Source: Octopus vulgaris (taxonomy: Eukaryota). Taken from it: DNA of 64,000 nt. Positions 25,415-39,450 of the stretch are shown one piece after another (within the stretch, counting starts at the first letter, position 1; every line of letters starts with the position of its first letter). The translations under genes and the position numbers were made by a program. The stretch spans positions 60,760,001 to 60,824,000 of the forward strand of contig OX597816.1 in NCBI GenBank assembly GCA_951406725.2, in the 5' to 3' direction. Below the pieces are notes generated by a model that was given only the letters and a program-made list of their open reading frames with translations, was not told the origin of the DNA and did no database searches.

Positions 25415-28400
25415 ACTGTCCCTTGTCTCCCCCGAGGCATTGTATCCCAGAAGAGGCGGAAGAACAAATTTGGTCAACGGCTCAAATGGCATTTCGTGAT
25501 CATTGGGACCCCGGTTTGGTTAATGACCAAGCAAAGGCGTATGAACTAGTCTCCTCGTCATCATCTATCAATGGGTGCGACTCCCTGATCTCACTCTGCT
25601 GCCTTGTAGATAGACTTTTTAGTCAAAGGCTCCGGGTGGGGTTTCTTAAGCTAACCCCCTACTCCGGCCTAGGCAACCGGGTAGTATACGCTTACTGAAA
25701 ACCATGGATCCTTTTCTCTCTTTCACCATGGTTTGGATGTCATGGGCAGGAGGGGCTCGTCAGCCATGGTTGGCAACCCTCCTAGGAGAGGATAATTCCG
25801 ACTTCAAACCTACGGCCCGAGGATCTAGCTGTCACTGTCCCAGCTTGCTAGGCCATGGCAAATGAACCTCATGCTTAAAGGGTGGGGCCAGTTTGCGTGC
25901 ACTGCACTTCACCTTAAAAAATCCCTAGCACAGGCCAAAGGACATGTCCATGTTCTGTGACCAGCCATCCTAAAAGCCTTGCAGTGATGGGAAAGGGGCG
26001 AAAGCGGCAGGTGGAAGATGTCACTGGAAGCCCTAGTCTCAACCCTACATGTAGGTGGCTCAGGACTTTGGTCGCCTGGTTGTCAACCTGGAGGTGACAA
26101 CACTACTCAGCAGCATCCTGAGCGACCAGGGAGAGCATTGCCTGCTCCACATGGAGAGGGGCGGTAGAAAAGGTTCGCCTAAACAAAGCTCATCTCCTCT
26201 ATACCCAGTTGGCTAACTGCGGTCAACGGGCATTTTCAGAGTGGTCGAACAAACATGGAAACAAAACTGAAGAAAAGTAAGCAGGAGTTGAAAGTTGGCT
26301 GCTGGAATGTCAGGACCATGCTTGACAAGGCTGACAGCAGCCGCCCGGAACGTCGTTCGGCTCTCAGCTCATGAACTCTCTCGTTTCAACATTGACATAG
26401 CAGCTCTCAGCGAGGTCCGCTTTGCTGATGAGGGCAGCCTCAAAGAATGCGGCACTAGCTACACCCACTTCTGGTCTGGAAAACCATCATCTGAAAAACG
26501 TGTCAGGTGTAGGACTCATGGTGAGGAATTCCATCACCTCCAAACTGTAAACGTTACCCATGGGCCACTCGGACCGCATCATATCCATGCGCCTACAACT
26601 GGAGAGCAAACAACATCTCACTCTCTTCAGTGTTTATGCTCCAACTCTACTGGCAGATCCCGCGGTCAAAGACAGCTTCTATTCTGATCTGCACAGACTC
26701 TTGAACAACACCCCTGCAAACGACAAGGTCCTGATCCTTGGCAACTTCAACGCAAGAGTTGGGAAGGACTCTGAGGCTTGGAAGACATGGCATTGGTGGC
26801 TGTAATGACAACGGGCACCTCCTGCTCAAGTTCTGCACAGAGCACCAACTTGCTATTACCAACACAATCTTCCAACAGAAAGACCGTCTGAAAACAACTT
26901 GGATGCATCCCCGGTCTAAACATTGGCATCTACTTGACTATGTGCTTGTGTGCCAGCGGGACCTGAAAGACATTCTACATGCAAGGGTGATGCCCAGTGC
27001 AGAGTGCCACACCGACCATTGCTTTGTCTGCTGCAAGCTCAAACTGCAGTTCAAACCTAAACCCAAGAAGAAAGGTAACCCCGTAAAGAAACTCAATGTC
27101 AACAGCTTGTGCCGGGAGGAAGTGAAAATCAAGTTCCAAGCAAACCTGCAGCAAAGACTAGACGAATCCCCCTGCACTGATGACACCACCCCAGACACCT
27201 TGTGGGAGAACCTGAAATCAGCCATCCTTAAGACATCTATGGAAGTTCTCGGACACACAAAGAAGAAAAACAAGGATTGGTTCGATGAAAATGACAAGGA
27301 GATCCAGGAATTACTAGCAAGGAAGAGGGCAGCTCATCAGGCCCACCTCGCACAACCAGCCTGTCTTGTAAAGAAAACTACCTTTCAATGTGCATGCAGC
27401 ACCCTGCAGCGAAAACTCAGAGAAATGCAGAACGAGTAGTGGGACCAGCTGGCGTGGAGAACCCAGCTGTGCGCTGACCTCGGAGACTATAGAGGCTTCT
27501 ATGAGGCTCTGAAAGCAGTGTATGGCCCCACCCACCTGGTCCACCTGATCAGTGTCTACAGGGCCGTGGTTCTCGCCACTCTTCTCTATGGCTCAGAGAC
27601 CTGGATCACTTACCGCAGTCACACCCGTCTCCTTGTGCGCTTCCACCAGTGATGTCTCTGCACCTACGCAGTTCAGATGGACAGGACCTCCTCACCGATA
27701 ACACCTCCATCCTCGCTCGCTGGTCCGAGCACTTCCAAAGCCTCTTCAGTGCTAACCGTACCGTACAGGACGCTGCCATCCTTCGCATTGCTCAACTTCC
27801 ACTCAAAGAGGAGCTCAAAGAACCACCCGCCCTCGAAGAAACGATTGAAGCCATAGGACAACTCAAGAGTCGCAAAGCAGCAGGAGTTGACGGCATCCCA
27901 CCAGAAATCTGGAAGAATGGAGGTCTGATGCTCCATAACAAGCTCCATGATTTTCTTGTCTGCTGCTGGGAGCAGAGCAAGCTACCACATGATCTTCGCG
28001 ACGCCGTCATCATAATCCTGTACAGGAACAAGGGTGAAAAGTCTGACTGCTCCAACTACCGGGGAATCACTCTACACTCCATCGCCAGCAAAGTACTTGC
28101 CAAGATCCTGCTCAATAGGCTAGTACCAACCATCGCTGAAGAAAACCTCCCCGAGAGCCAGTGTGGCTTCAGAGCCAACAGGGGCACAACGGATATGGTG
28201 TTCATCTTCCACCAACTCCAGAAGTGCCAAGAACAAAACGGGACTCTATGCTAATTTTGTCGACCTTACAAAAGCATTTGATACAGTGAGAAGGATAGGA
28301 CTATGGCTCATCTTGGAATGACTTGGCTGTCCCACCAAATTTCTACAGATGGTGATCCAGCTGCACGAGAATCAGTGTGGTCAGATCAGACTCAATGCTG

Positions 28401-29610
28401 ACCTGTCGGAGCCCTTCCCCATTTCTAACGGCGTGAAGCAGGATTGTGTCTTAGCACCGACTGTCTTCAGCATCTTCTTCAGCATGATGATCAGGCATGC
28501 AACTGAAGATATGGAGGATGAGGATGGAGTGTATGTTAGGTATTGTCTGGATGGCAGTCTTTTCAATCTACGGCGCTTCCAAGCCCACACCAAGACCCAG
28601 GAGAGGTTGATCCAAGACCTTCTCTTCGAAGACGACACTGTCCTTGTCGCCCACACAGAGCGAGCTCTGCAGCACATCACGTCCTGCTTTGCAGATGCCT
28701 CGTGGCTCTTTGGCCTGGAGGTCAGCCCCAAGAAGACGGAGGTACTTCACCAACCAACACCCCAAGAGGAATACCGCCCACCCCACATCACTATCTGCGG
28801 TACCGAACTGAAATAAATACAGCAGTTTACATACCTGGGCTGCATCATCTCATCCGATGCAAGGGTCGACAAGGAAATTAATAATAGACTTTCTAAGGCA
28901 AATAGCTCCTTTGGCAGATTGTACAAACGTGTTTGGCACAATAATAACCTAAAGAACAAAACAAAGATCAGTGTCTACAGGGCCGTGGTTCTCACCACTC
29001 TTCTCTACGGCTCAGAGACCTGGATCACTTACCGCAGTCACATCCGTCTCCTCGAGCGCTTCCACCAGTGATGTCTCTGCACCATCCTCAACATTCACTG
29101 GAGTGACTTCGTCACAAACATTGAGGTCTTGGAGCAGGCCGAGATCCCCAGCATTGAAGTCACGCTACTGAAGTACCACCTCCGATGGGCAGGGCATGTC
29201 TCCAGAATGGAGAACCATTGCATTCCAAAGATTGCCCTGTTTGGCGAACTCTCCACCGGCCACCAAGTGGGAGGAGCTCCGAGGAAGCACTACAAAGACT
29301 GCCTCAAGAAGTCTCTAACAGCATGTCATATTAACCACCAATGCTGGTCAGACCAGGCTATGGACCATGATGTCTGGCACCACATGATCTTCAACTCAGT
29401 CAGCAAGTTTGAGGAACAAAGAAGAGACGCAGGAGGAAGGTGCGAGCCGCTTCTGACACCACACCGGATGTTACCTTCGTCTGTGAACACTGCTTACGAA
29501 CCTGCCTTTCCCATATCGGACTTGTCAGTCATGAGCGTGCATGCACGCGACGTGGACAGCCTTCCTGATCTTCGTTCGCGAAGCCGAGCCATGATGATGA
29601 TGATGATGAT
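25415..29610 (+). mobile_element. Near full-length decayed RTE (BovB-like) LINE with (GAT)n tail
   Basis: Endonuclease (CWNVRT, ALSEVR, VYAPT, GNFNARVG, TWMHPRSKHWHLLDYV, TDH) and RT (KAAGVDGIPPE, NYRGITL, PESQCGFR, GVKQDCVLAP, LLFEDD, YLG, LRWAGHV.RM); stops and frameshifts. Confidence 0.93.
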
Positions 29611-30534
29611 TAACTTCACATTATTTTTTTTTTTGGTCCTTGCTGGGTGGAAAGGCAAAGTTGACCCTAGCAGGATTTGAACTTACAAAATAAAGAACCA
29701 TGATTAACAGGTATTTTTGTCCAATACTCTACTGAGCCTACCTTTCCATCACCTTTATTATTTATTTATCATCCTCAACCAACATCCTGTGCTAATTAAG
29801 TTTTTATGGCTACTAATGTTATCAAATCAATCCTTGTGCTCGTCATTTTGCCAGTCGTTTTCCAAATATACACAAGGTTTAATAATTATGAATTGATATT
29901 ATCACCTTCATCAACATCTTTATCATTTGACATCCACTTTCCATGACATGAATCAGTTCTTATTTGAACCTATTGCCTCTTAGACATGTCAAAGGGTCAT
30001 ATCACATTTTAGTTTTCTTAGTTTCTACACTTGCATGCATTTCATATCCCTGGTCACTTTACAGAGTATATTGGATGTAAAAGGTTTGTCAAGCCCTCAA
30101 CAAGAATTGAGGGTCATTCACTAAGCATTTTAAAAAAGGTACTGTGTGCATTTTATCAATGCACCTGTACTAGTGAGTGAGTTCTGTTTTGTATACTGTT
30201 AGATTAAAATGTCCTAGCATTCCAATAAATGCTTAAAATTGCTTTGAAGTGAAGTAATTTCTATGAAGCTCAGAGGCTAGGATGTTAATGTGATTACATG
30301 TTCATGCGTTCAAAGCTTGTAACAACTATTGTGTTATGTCACTAGATAAGATACCTAATCTCTACTTGCCAAAGTCTGCCTGGCTGACAACATACTCCAC
30401 TTTTGACAGTAAAAAGGAGAGCCAGCTATGAAGACATTTCTTTTTAAATACCCAGAATCAGTAAAAGCCATCATATCTATATTTTTATTGAACAATGGAT
30501 AATAACAAGAACATACATATATATTAATACTTAC

Positions 30535-30700
30535 TTTTTTTATCAGAAATTTTGCCAGTTCAAGAATGGAAATTGAAAATTCACTGCCAATATTGTAAAT
30601 TTCTCCATGTTTACCTTTATGGATAAGAGTGTCAATGGCATTGACAATATCACTGACATAAATGAAATTTCGTACTTTTTGTCCATCTCCATGAATGGTA
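30535..30700 (-). CDS. TGDS: TGDS-like coding exon (166 nt)
   Basis: cttttcag| ... |GTAAGT. Reads TIHGDGQKVRNFIYVSDIVNAIDTLIHKGKHGEIYNIGSEFSISILELAKFLIKK. Confidence 0.95.
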
Positions 30701-30895
30701 CTGAAAAGAAACAATGAGCAAAATAAATAGATAACTTTTAGGTAGTTTAGTATTTCATTTGACTGCTTACCTAACCACCAGTTGTTGATCATTTATTATA
30801 AGATAACTTAATATTTAATACGAGGATGGATCTTTTTCTTTTCACGTCTGAAAGGCCACATTAAGTTAAGTTTAAAAGATTGCATTAAAGATAGT

Positions 30896-33800
30896 CATCA
30901 TCATCATCATCATTTAACATTTGCTTTCCATGCTGGCATGGGTTTGACGGTTTGACTGAGGGATGGCAAGCTAGAAGGCTCCAATCTGATCTGGCAAAGT
31001 TTCTACAGCTTGATACCCTTTGTAATGCCAACCACTCCAAGAGTGTAGTGGGTGCTTTTTACGTGCCACTGGCACGAAGGCCAGTCAGGTGGTACTAGCA
31101 TCGACCATGCTTAAATGGTACTTTTTCATGTGCCACTCGCTCGGGAACCAGTCAGGCGGCACTGACAGCAACTACGCTTGAAAGGTGCTTTTTATATGCC
31201 ACTGGCATGAGACCAGTCAGCCGGCATTGGCATCGGACAGGTTCAAATGGTGCTTTTTATGTGCCACCGGCACGAGTGCCAATCAACTGGTATTGTCATT
31301 GGCCACGACGATAACTTCACTTGCCTCAACAGGTCTTCGCAAGCGCAGTTTATTGATTGAGTGGTAGTCTTAAATGGGCCAGTTATGCTGCACTGGCATA
31401 GGCCACAGTTACAGTCTCGCTTGGCTTGCAAGGTATTCTCAAGCACAGCATATTTCCAAAGGTCTCAGTCACTTGTCATTGCCTCCATGAGGACCAATGT
31501 TAGAAGGTTGTGTTTCACCACCTCATCCCAGGTCTTCCTGGGTCTACCTCTTCCACAGGTTCCCTCTATTGCTAGGGTGTGACACTTTTTCACACAGCTG
31601 TCCTCATCCATATGCAACACCATATCAGCTCAGTCGTCTCTCTTGCACACCACATCTAATGCTTCTTAAGTCCAACTTTTCTCTCAGGGTGCTCACACTC
31701 TGTCGTGTATGCACACTGACATTACACATCCAGCAGATTTACTAGCTTCATTCCTTGCAAGCTTATGCATGTCTTCAGCAGTCATGGCCCATGTTTCACT
31801 GCCATGTAGCATGGCTGTTTGCACACATGCATCATACAGTCTACCTTTTACTCTGAGCAACAGGCCCTTTGTCACCAGCAGAGGTAGGAGCTCTCTGAAC
31901 TTATTCTAGCAGCTACACTTTCAGCGCACCCTCCCCGGCTACTGACTTGGTCATCTAGTTAATGGAAACTATCAACTACTTCTAGTTTTTCCCCCCTGCA
32001 ATGTAACGGAAGCTGTTTACTGCACATTTTCAGTGTTTATTGTCCCTGAGCATTTGCCACATACAAAAACTATCTTCCCAGTTAGCCTTCTTTGATATTG
32101 CTACACCTCTTATGTGTCCATAGCTTACACTGGGTACATCTTATGGAGTTTCTACCTACACCTTTTCTACAAATCGAGCAGGACCATCTACCTGAGGGGA
32201 TTTGTGATTTATTTGCTTTCCTACTTATTAAGACTTTGGTTTTTTGCTAGATTGACTCTAAGGCTCTTTGATTCTAGACCTTGCTTCCATACCTGAAATT
32301 TCTCCTCCAGTTCTGATAGTGACTCAGCAATTAGAGCAAGGTCATCAGCATAGAGGAGCTCCCAGGGGCATCTTGTTTTGAATTCCTCTGTTATTGCCTG
32401 GAGGACTATGATGAATAAGAGACTGATTTTTGGTGGACTCCTACACCTACCTGGAATTCTTCACTGTACTCATTGCCAACCCTCACCTTACTGACAGCAT
32501 CCCTGTACATGGCTTGCACAGCTCTCACTAACCACTCATCTATCCCTAGTTTCCGCATTGATCACCAGATTAGTGATCGGGGGACCCTGTCAAAGACTTT
32601 CTCCATGTTAACGAAAGCCAGGTACAGAGGTTTATCTTTGGCTAGGTATTTCTCCTGCAGCTACCTTACCAGAAATATAGCATCAGTCGTGCTTTTCCCT
32701 GGCACAAACCCAAATTGCATCTCATCTAAACTGATTCTCTCCCTAATTAGTTGGGCTATGACCCTCTCCATGACTTTCATTACCTGATTCAACAACTTGA
32801 TACCTCTATAACTATCCATATCTAATGCATCATCTTTACTTTTTTGGCAGTTGACTATGGTGCTGCAACACCAATCATTGGGTATGACTCTTTCATGTAT
32901 CACTTGATTGACTATATGGTTGACTAGGCTACAGCCGACACCACCAGATATTTTAAGCATCTCTGCAGTGATTTCTGATAGACAGGAGGCTTTCCCTGTC
33001 TTCATACCCTAAATTGCTTTATCTACCAAGGTACTATCAATTCGGATAGCTGGTCCCTCTGTTGGCTCAACATTCAGCAGACTCTCTTTCTCCCATTCAT
33101 TTTCTTCATTTAGCTACCATTCATAGTGGTGTCTCCAAGTCTCTCTCTTTGCAGCTTCATTAACTACAAGTGAGCCATCATCCATGAGGACACATTTTTC
33201 TCCTATGACATCACTATTCCCTCTCACACACTGTCTTGCAACACGAAACACTTCAAGTCTTTGGTCCTCACAGTGCAGAGCATTGGCAAATTTTTTCTTA
33301 TCTGCTTTCACTCTGGCTAAGTAAACCTGTCACCTAGCTTCCCTTCTGACAATCTGATACAATTTCCAGCTACCACCCTTCTTCCAGTCCTTCTGTGTCT
33401 GTTTGTTTTCCCTAATGGCCCTGTCAACAACACTGTTCCACCACCACGTTACCTTGGGTCGAGAGGGGACTTTGCACCATCTACAGATCTGGTCAGTAGC
33501 ACTCAACAGGTTCTCCTGTACAAACCTCCAGTTGTTTTCCACATCATGAGATGCTATATCTACCTTTATTTCATCAAAAGCTTTGAGTAATATGTCTCTA
33601 AATCTCTGTCCATTCACAGGATCCTTAAGCTTCCAGACCCTTCTTCTCCATGCTGATCATCTTCTGGGCATTCATTTAGCCCTGATCGTGAAGTTGCTAA
33701 TTACTAATCTATGTTATGGAGTGCATTCTTCAACTGGGAAAATTGTGGCATTTATAAGTAGCCATCTTCCCCATTTCCTGACAAGGATGTAATCAATTTG

Positions 33801-34700
33801 ACTAGTGTGTTCACCAGATTGGTAGGTTCAAAAATGACAGGCAGGTTTCTGAAGTTAGTATTACAAACCACAAGATCATTTGCATCACAGAACTCCAGCA
33901 GCCTGGTTCCCTGCTCAGTGCGGGAACCAAAACTATAGCCTCCGTGTACAGCATGGCAGTCCCCTACATGTTGTCCAACATGTCCATTGAAGTCGCCAGC
34001 CACAAAGAGAAGATCCCTGTCATTCATTGACAGGGTAGTCTGCAAGTGGGTGTCATAAAATCGGTCTTTCTGTTCATCAGGTAGCCCTGGCTGAGGAGCA
34101 TAAGCTGAGATAATGGTTGCTAACCCATGTTGCAGCCCTAATTAATCTTAAGTATTCTATCACATGCTCTATCACACCACCTCGATTACCTTATCAACCC
34201 ATTTCTCAACAAGAAGTATACCCACGCCCCCAACCCCATCAGTGTTCCCTACCCAGAAAATCTTATACCTATGTTCTTTGTCTGTGAGGGACCTAGCAGA
34301 ACTTACTTTCCACCTTCTTGGATACAGCACAAATCTACACGTTTCTGTTCAAGCATCTCAACAATCTCACCAGACCTACCTTTCAGTGTGCCAACCCTGA
34401 GGGTGTGGGAGGTGTAGGCCCACAAGATCCTGGGATGGGAGACAGCAGTGTCATGTACCTGAAAAGAAAGCTCACATTTGGCATACATTATGCCATCATA
34501 TGCGCTACATAATCACTACATAGGAGATAAACCCTAAGTAGGGATGGGGGGGAACATTAAGCCTTTGGAGGTGTTCATGGGAAAGATATGTGATCGAGGT
34601 CAGAGGATAGAGACTTCTGGTACAGGTGGTGCAGGTAGGAAGGGCAGGGGCACCGCGAAACAGCAAAAACTTAGGCTGCCAGTGTGAGAAAATATTAATG
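30896..34700 (-). mobile_element. Decayed near full-length RTE-group LINE whose 3' UTR is the family B repeat, with (GAT)n tail
   Basis: EN (VGTLKGRS..VDLCCIQE, GDFNGHVG, LLEFCDAN), VTWWWN, RT (YRGIKLL, QFGFVPGKSTTDAIF, ELLYADDL), MLHGSETW; runs directly into family B sequence at 30896-31300. Confidence 0.88.
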
Positions 34701-36786
34701 ATAATAATGAGATAGAATTGGACATTTGTATTCTTAACTAGAGCTATAACCAACAGTTTTTGGTCAGCCAAACTGTGACAAAATTAGATAGATGAATGAA
34801 TAAATGACAATAATAAATGAGTGTGAAAGAGAGGGAGAAAGAGAAAGAGCGTAGGTAAAGTGTTGGGAGAAGCAAGTGGTTAACGAAACTGGGAGAAAGA
34901 GAGAGAGAGAGACCAGAGTTAGGCTGGTTGAAGACAACACGAGGAGATGGAATTTTGGGATTTAGGGTAACATAATTGAACGAATGGGTTTCACATTGCC
35001 ACTACCGGAGTGAAAGAACAATAATTCTGATAATGAGATAGAATTGGGCACTGCAAAACACTCTTAGTAAATATATGGAAAATGTAATTACAATTATGAA
35101 AATATAAATATTAATCTAAACTTACCTTTTCATGACATATTAAAAATTTAAACATTAACATAAATATGATACAATGCAAATATATAAACAAAACCCCCAG
35201 ATTTATGTAAAATCCTGACTTCTTCCAGAATACAGCACTTAAGGGCTTCAAAGGTAGCAGGTTCCCACCATTGGCCTACAATAATGATTATCTCTTTCTA
35301 ATCAGGTCTGATACAACAATTTCAATAAGGAAATTAAAGGTGTTCTTTAAGTTTTAATAATTCATTGGATCACTGTCAAAGATTTCGTTTACCAGAAGGG
35401 TTGGTGTTGTTTAACACCCAAGTCAGCCTTGATTGAAGGACATCCAAGTTGTGACCATCTCACCAGTTTTCAATACATAGTATATGTAGTAATATATTAT
35501 CTAATATGCACTTTTTAAGATTTTAGGGTCTGATTAAAGTGAAAAGAAAGGGTTTTTACATGCATTTTGCCTGCTTGAAATAGTGACAAAATCTCCTTAA
35601 AACTACAAAACTACATTGAATAATTTAATCTTAGATATATATGTATGCGTGAATAAAATATGGGGATGGTTGCATTTTGACAAGCATTAATCTGTTTGAT
35701 AGAGCTGACCAGGGATATAAATGAGAGTGCATTTTGCATCAAGAAGTCAATAAGGAGAGTTTCTCTCATGGTATCTACTGCAGTATACTTTGTTCTAACA
35801 GAACATCCACATTTAAGCGGAGATAAATATTACTTCTTGGTATTAATGCTGCCTCTGTTGCTAATATATATATTTTTTAAGAAGCTCACTGGCTAATTGC
35901 AACACCAGCACCCAGGAGAGATGAGTACTGCTATTCTAGTGGTTGAGCATCTATCATTGACGAAATCAAGCAAGGTCGAAATCATGTGATCTGGTGGTCT
36001 TGGCACTGGAGATGGCAGGGATTTATCTTCTCACTAATGATATGAACAAGAGTGCATTTTGCACCAAAAGACTCTTAATATTAATAATCCTTTCTACTAT
36101 AGGCACATGGCCTGGATTTTGTTGGGGACAGTCAATCATATCGACCCCAGTACTCAACTGGTACTTAATTTATTGACCCTGAAAGGATGAAAGGCAAAGT
36201 TGACCTTGGCGGAATTTGAACTCAGAACATAGTGACAGGCGAAATACTACTAAGCATTTCACCCAGTGTGCTAACAGTTCTGCCAGCTTGCCACCTTCCT
36301 CTCGGAATTAATAATGTCTCTGTTGCTAATATATATCTTTTAATAATTACAATATCTGACAGTCACTTATCATTTATATGATTGATGGCTTTTTCCTACA
36401 GAGTAAAATATGGAATCCAACAAAACTTCTGATGAGCTGCACTGACAAGAACCAGCCAATAGGAAAGATCAAAGTAAAGATTGTTATTTGCTGTGAGGAG
36501 GGCACAGACTGATATCTCAGATCTTGTCCATGTCAAAGAAACAAGAAAAGAGAAACAAGGAAAGAAAAGGCTCAAAATGTTAGAATCCAACATACTCTTC
36601 ATAGCAAGTGACAAACTTTACCTATATCTATAGATTGCTGAAGGTAAGTAATCTTTTCATTTGAAACATTTAGAAATGAGTTATGGCTGAGCTAGGAACT
36701 GACCTAGTGTTGTGAATTTGGTCAGGTGTTTACTGTCACACATAAGGACATGGATCTTTCTTCTTCAAGTATCTCATAAATATCTG

Positions 36787-37016
36787 TTTCTTTATTACCC
36801 ACAAGGGGCTAAACATAGAGGGGACAAACAAGGACAGACAAACAGATTATGTCAATTACATCGGCCCCAGTGTGCAACTGGTACTTAATTTATCGACCCC
36901 GAAAGGATGAAAGGCAAAGTAGACCTCAGCGGAATTTGAACTCAGAACGTAACAGCAGACAAAATATGGCTACGCATTTCGCCCGGCGTGCTAACGATTC
37001 TTCCAGCTCACTGCCT
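36787..37016 (-). mobile_element. tRNA-derived SINE family C; other copies at ~36088-36295, 54176-54363, partial at 29635-29750
   Basis: The - strand reads GAGCTGG.AGAATCGTTAGCAC...GAGTTCAAATTCC (A/B boxes), then a conserved core GCCTTTCATCCTTTCGGGGTCGATAAATTAAGTACCAG. Confidence 0.85.
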
Positions 37017-37176
37017 TATTAAATCATCATCATCATCATCGTTTAACGTCCGTTCTCCATGCTAGCATGGGTTGGACGGTTCGACCGGGGATCTGGGAAG
37101 CCAGAAGGCTGCACCAGGCTCCAGTCTTATCTGGCAATGTTTCTACAGCTGGATGCCCTTCCTAACGCCAAATAAA

Positions 37177-37689
37177 TCTCTATATATAAAACTGTAGTTG
37201 TGTGAGTGTCTGTCCCCTTCGATTTAGATTCCTAACTACTCCCACATTTTGCGGTGCAGTTTAACCAAATTCGGGTATCTTATAGTCGTGATTCATATCG
37301 AGCCCGTCTGAGTATTAGCGCGCGTCTACAATGAGTCTACGATTTAAAAAATAATTTAACATAATTTTTTATTCCATTTTAATGCATAATTTTTCGTGTG
37401 TCGATGGCGGCGGAGTTGGTGTCCATGGTCACACCTGCACCTGTTTGCTTCTCCCCCTTCTTCCCTCCCTCGTGAAGCTGTGGGGAAGGGAGTGTAAGGA
37501 AATCAACGTCGTAAAGCGTTGTCAAGGAGACCAGCGTTCTTTTAGAACAACGACTTCATGGCTTGAAGACACCAAAACAGAAATGGCTAAGAAAGCCCGA
37601 ATTGGCATCTATAAGGGAAGTAACTCTCTAAAAATGCTTATATAGTTACTTCCCTTACAAACCCGAGCAACGCCGGGCGATACTGCTAG
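37177..37689 (+). mobile_element. Non-autonomous Helitron, family 1
   Basis: 5' TC, 3' CTAG preceded by the hairpin CCCG...CGGG, inserted between A and T with no TSD. Second copy at 43879-44178 on -. Confidence 0.85.
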
Positions 37690-37729
37690 TATCTTATAAA
37701 TATCTTTAATCCTAAGTCAAGCAAAGTCA

Positions 37730-38050
37730 GTACTGGGTGACTGGTTTGTTAGCAGTTGAGCGATTATGAATTACTGTTAGCAGTACCTGATGACTGTTAA
37801 TAGAACTTGATGTCTATTCTCTCAGTACCCAGTAAATCAGTGCCAGCACCTGGTGACTGTGTCAACACTTAGTTACTGTGTTAGTAGTACCTGATGAAAT
37901 ACTGTCAGTAAATAGTGACTGTGTTAATAGTACCTTATGACTCCATTCTTAGTACCCATTGAATCACTGTGTCATAATGGCTCTGTCACTACTTGGTGAC
38001 TACCCTCTTAATATCTCATGAGTTACTGTGTCAGCACCCAATGATTAGGT
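37730..38050. repeat. Degenerate minisatellite, ~25-bp unit like tactgtgttagcagtacctgatga
   Basis: Recurring actgtgt...agtacc(t)gatgac words. Confidence 0.6.
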
Positions 38051-38281
38051 TAGCAGAAGATGGCAGGTTGCTGTCTAAGCAGGAATCTACAGTATATAGT
38101 TTTTGTCTGATTTTCATTTATAACCCACCAGTGGATATTCTAACCTAAATCATAGAATAGTGTTTAACAGTTTACATGGCAATTGTTATAGGACCTGTTC
38201 CAAGACTAGATCATAGATCTCTTTGACTGAGGTTAAACAACAAAAAAATGAAAAAAAAAAAAATAGAAGATTCTAACCAAC

Positions 38282-38325
38282 CATTTTTCATCTTTCAGAA
38301 GTTGAGTGATAAATCGTGACATAAC
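38282..38325 (-). CDS. TGDS: TGDS-like coding exon (44 nt)
   Basis: tacag| ... |GTTGGT. Reads VMSRFITQLLKDEKC; phases fit both neighbouring exons. Confidence 0.85.
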
Positions 38326-38609
38326 CTGTAATGAAATATATATATAGTACAGTGTGTTTGATGTTATGTTATCACAAGAGTTTATACAGAGATGAAAGAA
38401 TAAATATAAGATCTATACATTTACCACATAAAAATATAATTCTTCTTTCAATGATAATACATAGAATCAAATTGTTGTTGAATGAAGTAATCTAATGCAT
38501 GAAAGTGCAGAGATAGGAAGTGTAAAACAGTGAAGTGGTGGCTCTCAGTCATATCGGCTATGAAGCATATACTGAAATTTCTTCTCTAGTTCTGGAAATG
38601 GTTCAGCTA

Positions 38610-39450
38610 TGAGAACAAGGTCATCAGCATAAAAGAGCTCCCAAGGGTAGTCCATCTTAAATTCCTCTGTTATTGCCTGGAGGACTATGATGAATAGGAG
38701 GGGACTGGGAACTGATCATTGGTGAACTCCTAGTGTACCTTGAATTCATCACTATATTCATTGCTAACCATCACCTTACTGACAGCATCCCTGCACATGG
38801 CTTGTACAGCTCTCACCAACCACTCCTCTATCCCTAGTTTCCACACTGACCATTAGATAAGAGACCAGAGAACCCTTTTAAAAGGCTTTCACCATGTCAA
38901 CAAAAGCCAAGTACAGAGGTTAGCTGCTTGAGCAGAATTATAGCATCAGTGGTGCTTCTCTCTGGCACAAAACCAAACTGCATCTCATCTACACTAACTC
39001 TCTTTCTAATAAGCTGGGCTAAGACACTCCCCATAACTTTCTTCACCTGATCCAACAATCTGATACCTCAGTAATTATTTCTATCTTTGAAGCAGTTGAC
39101 AATGATGCTGCTACACCAGTCATTGGGTATGATTCCCTCATGTACAACCTGGTTAACTATACGGGTAATTAAGCCATAACCCACACCACCTGATATTTTA
39201 AGCATCTCAGCAGTGATTCCTGAGGAACCAGGCGCTTTCCAGGTCTTCATATTCTTCATGGTTTTATCTACCATGCTACTGTCTTTTTGGATTGTCAGTC
39301 CCTCTTTTGGATCCACAGTAGGCAGACTCTCCTCCTATGCGTTCTCTACATCTAGCAGCCTTTCATAGTGGCATTACCAAGCTTCTTTCTTTTCAGAATC
39401 ACTAACTGCAAGAAAATCACATCCATGTGAACACACTTCTCTCCCAAAAA
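38610..39450 (-). mobile_element. RT fragment of the same RTE-group LINE family as 30896-34700; other fragments at ~52690-53540 (-) and 57740-58430 (+)
   Basis: KAPGSSGITAEMLKISGG..IPNDWCSS, WELFYADDL. Confidence 0.82.

Noticed and set aside
25415-25830. HDV-like ribozyme in the RTE 5' UTR (TCTCCTCGT word near 25550)
   Set aside because: Such ribozymes are known in RTE elements, but I could not build the nested double pseudoknot by eye.
37730-38050. CRISPR-like array
   Set aside because: Eukaryotic intron, degenerate adjacent units, no unique spacers and no cas genes.
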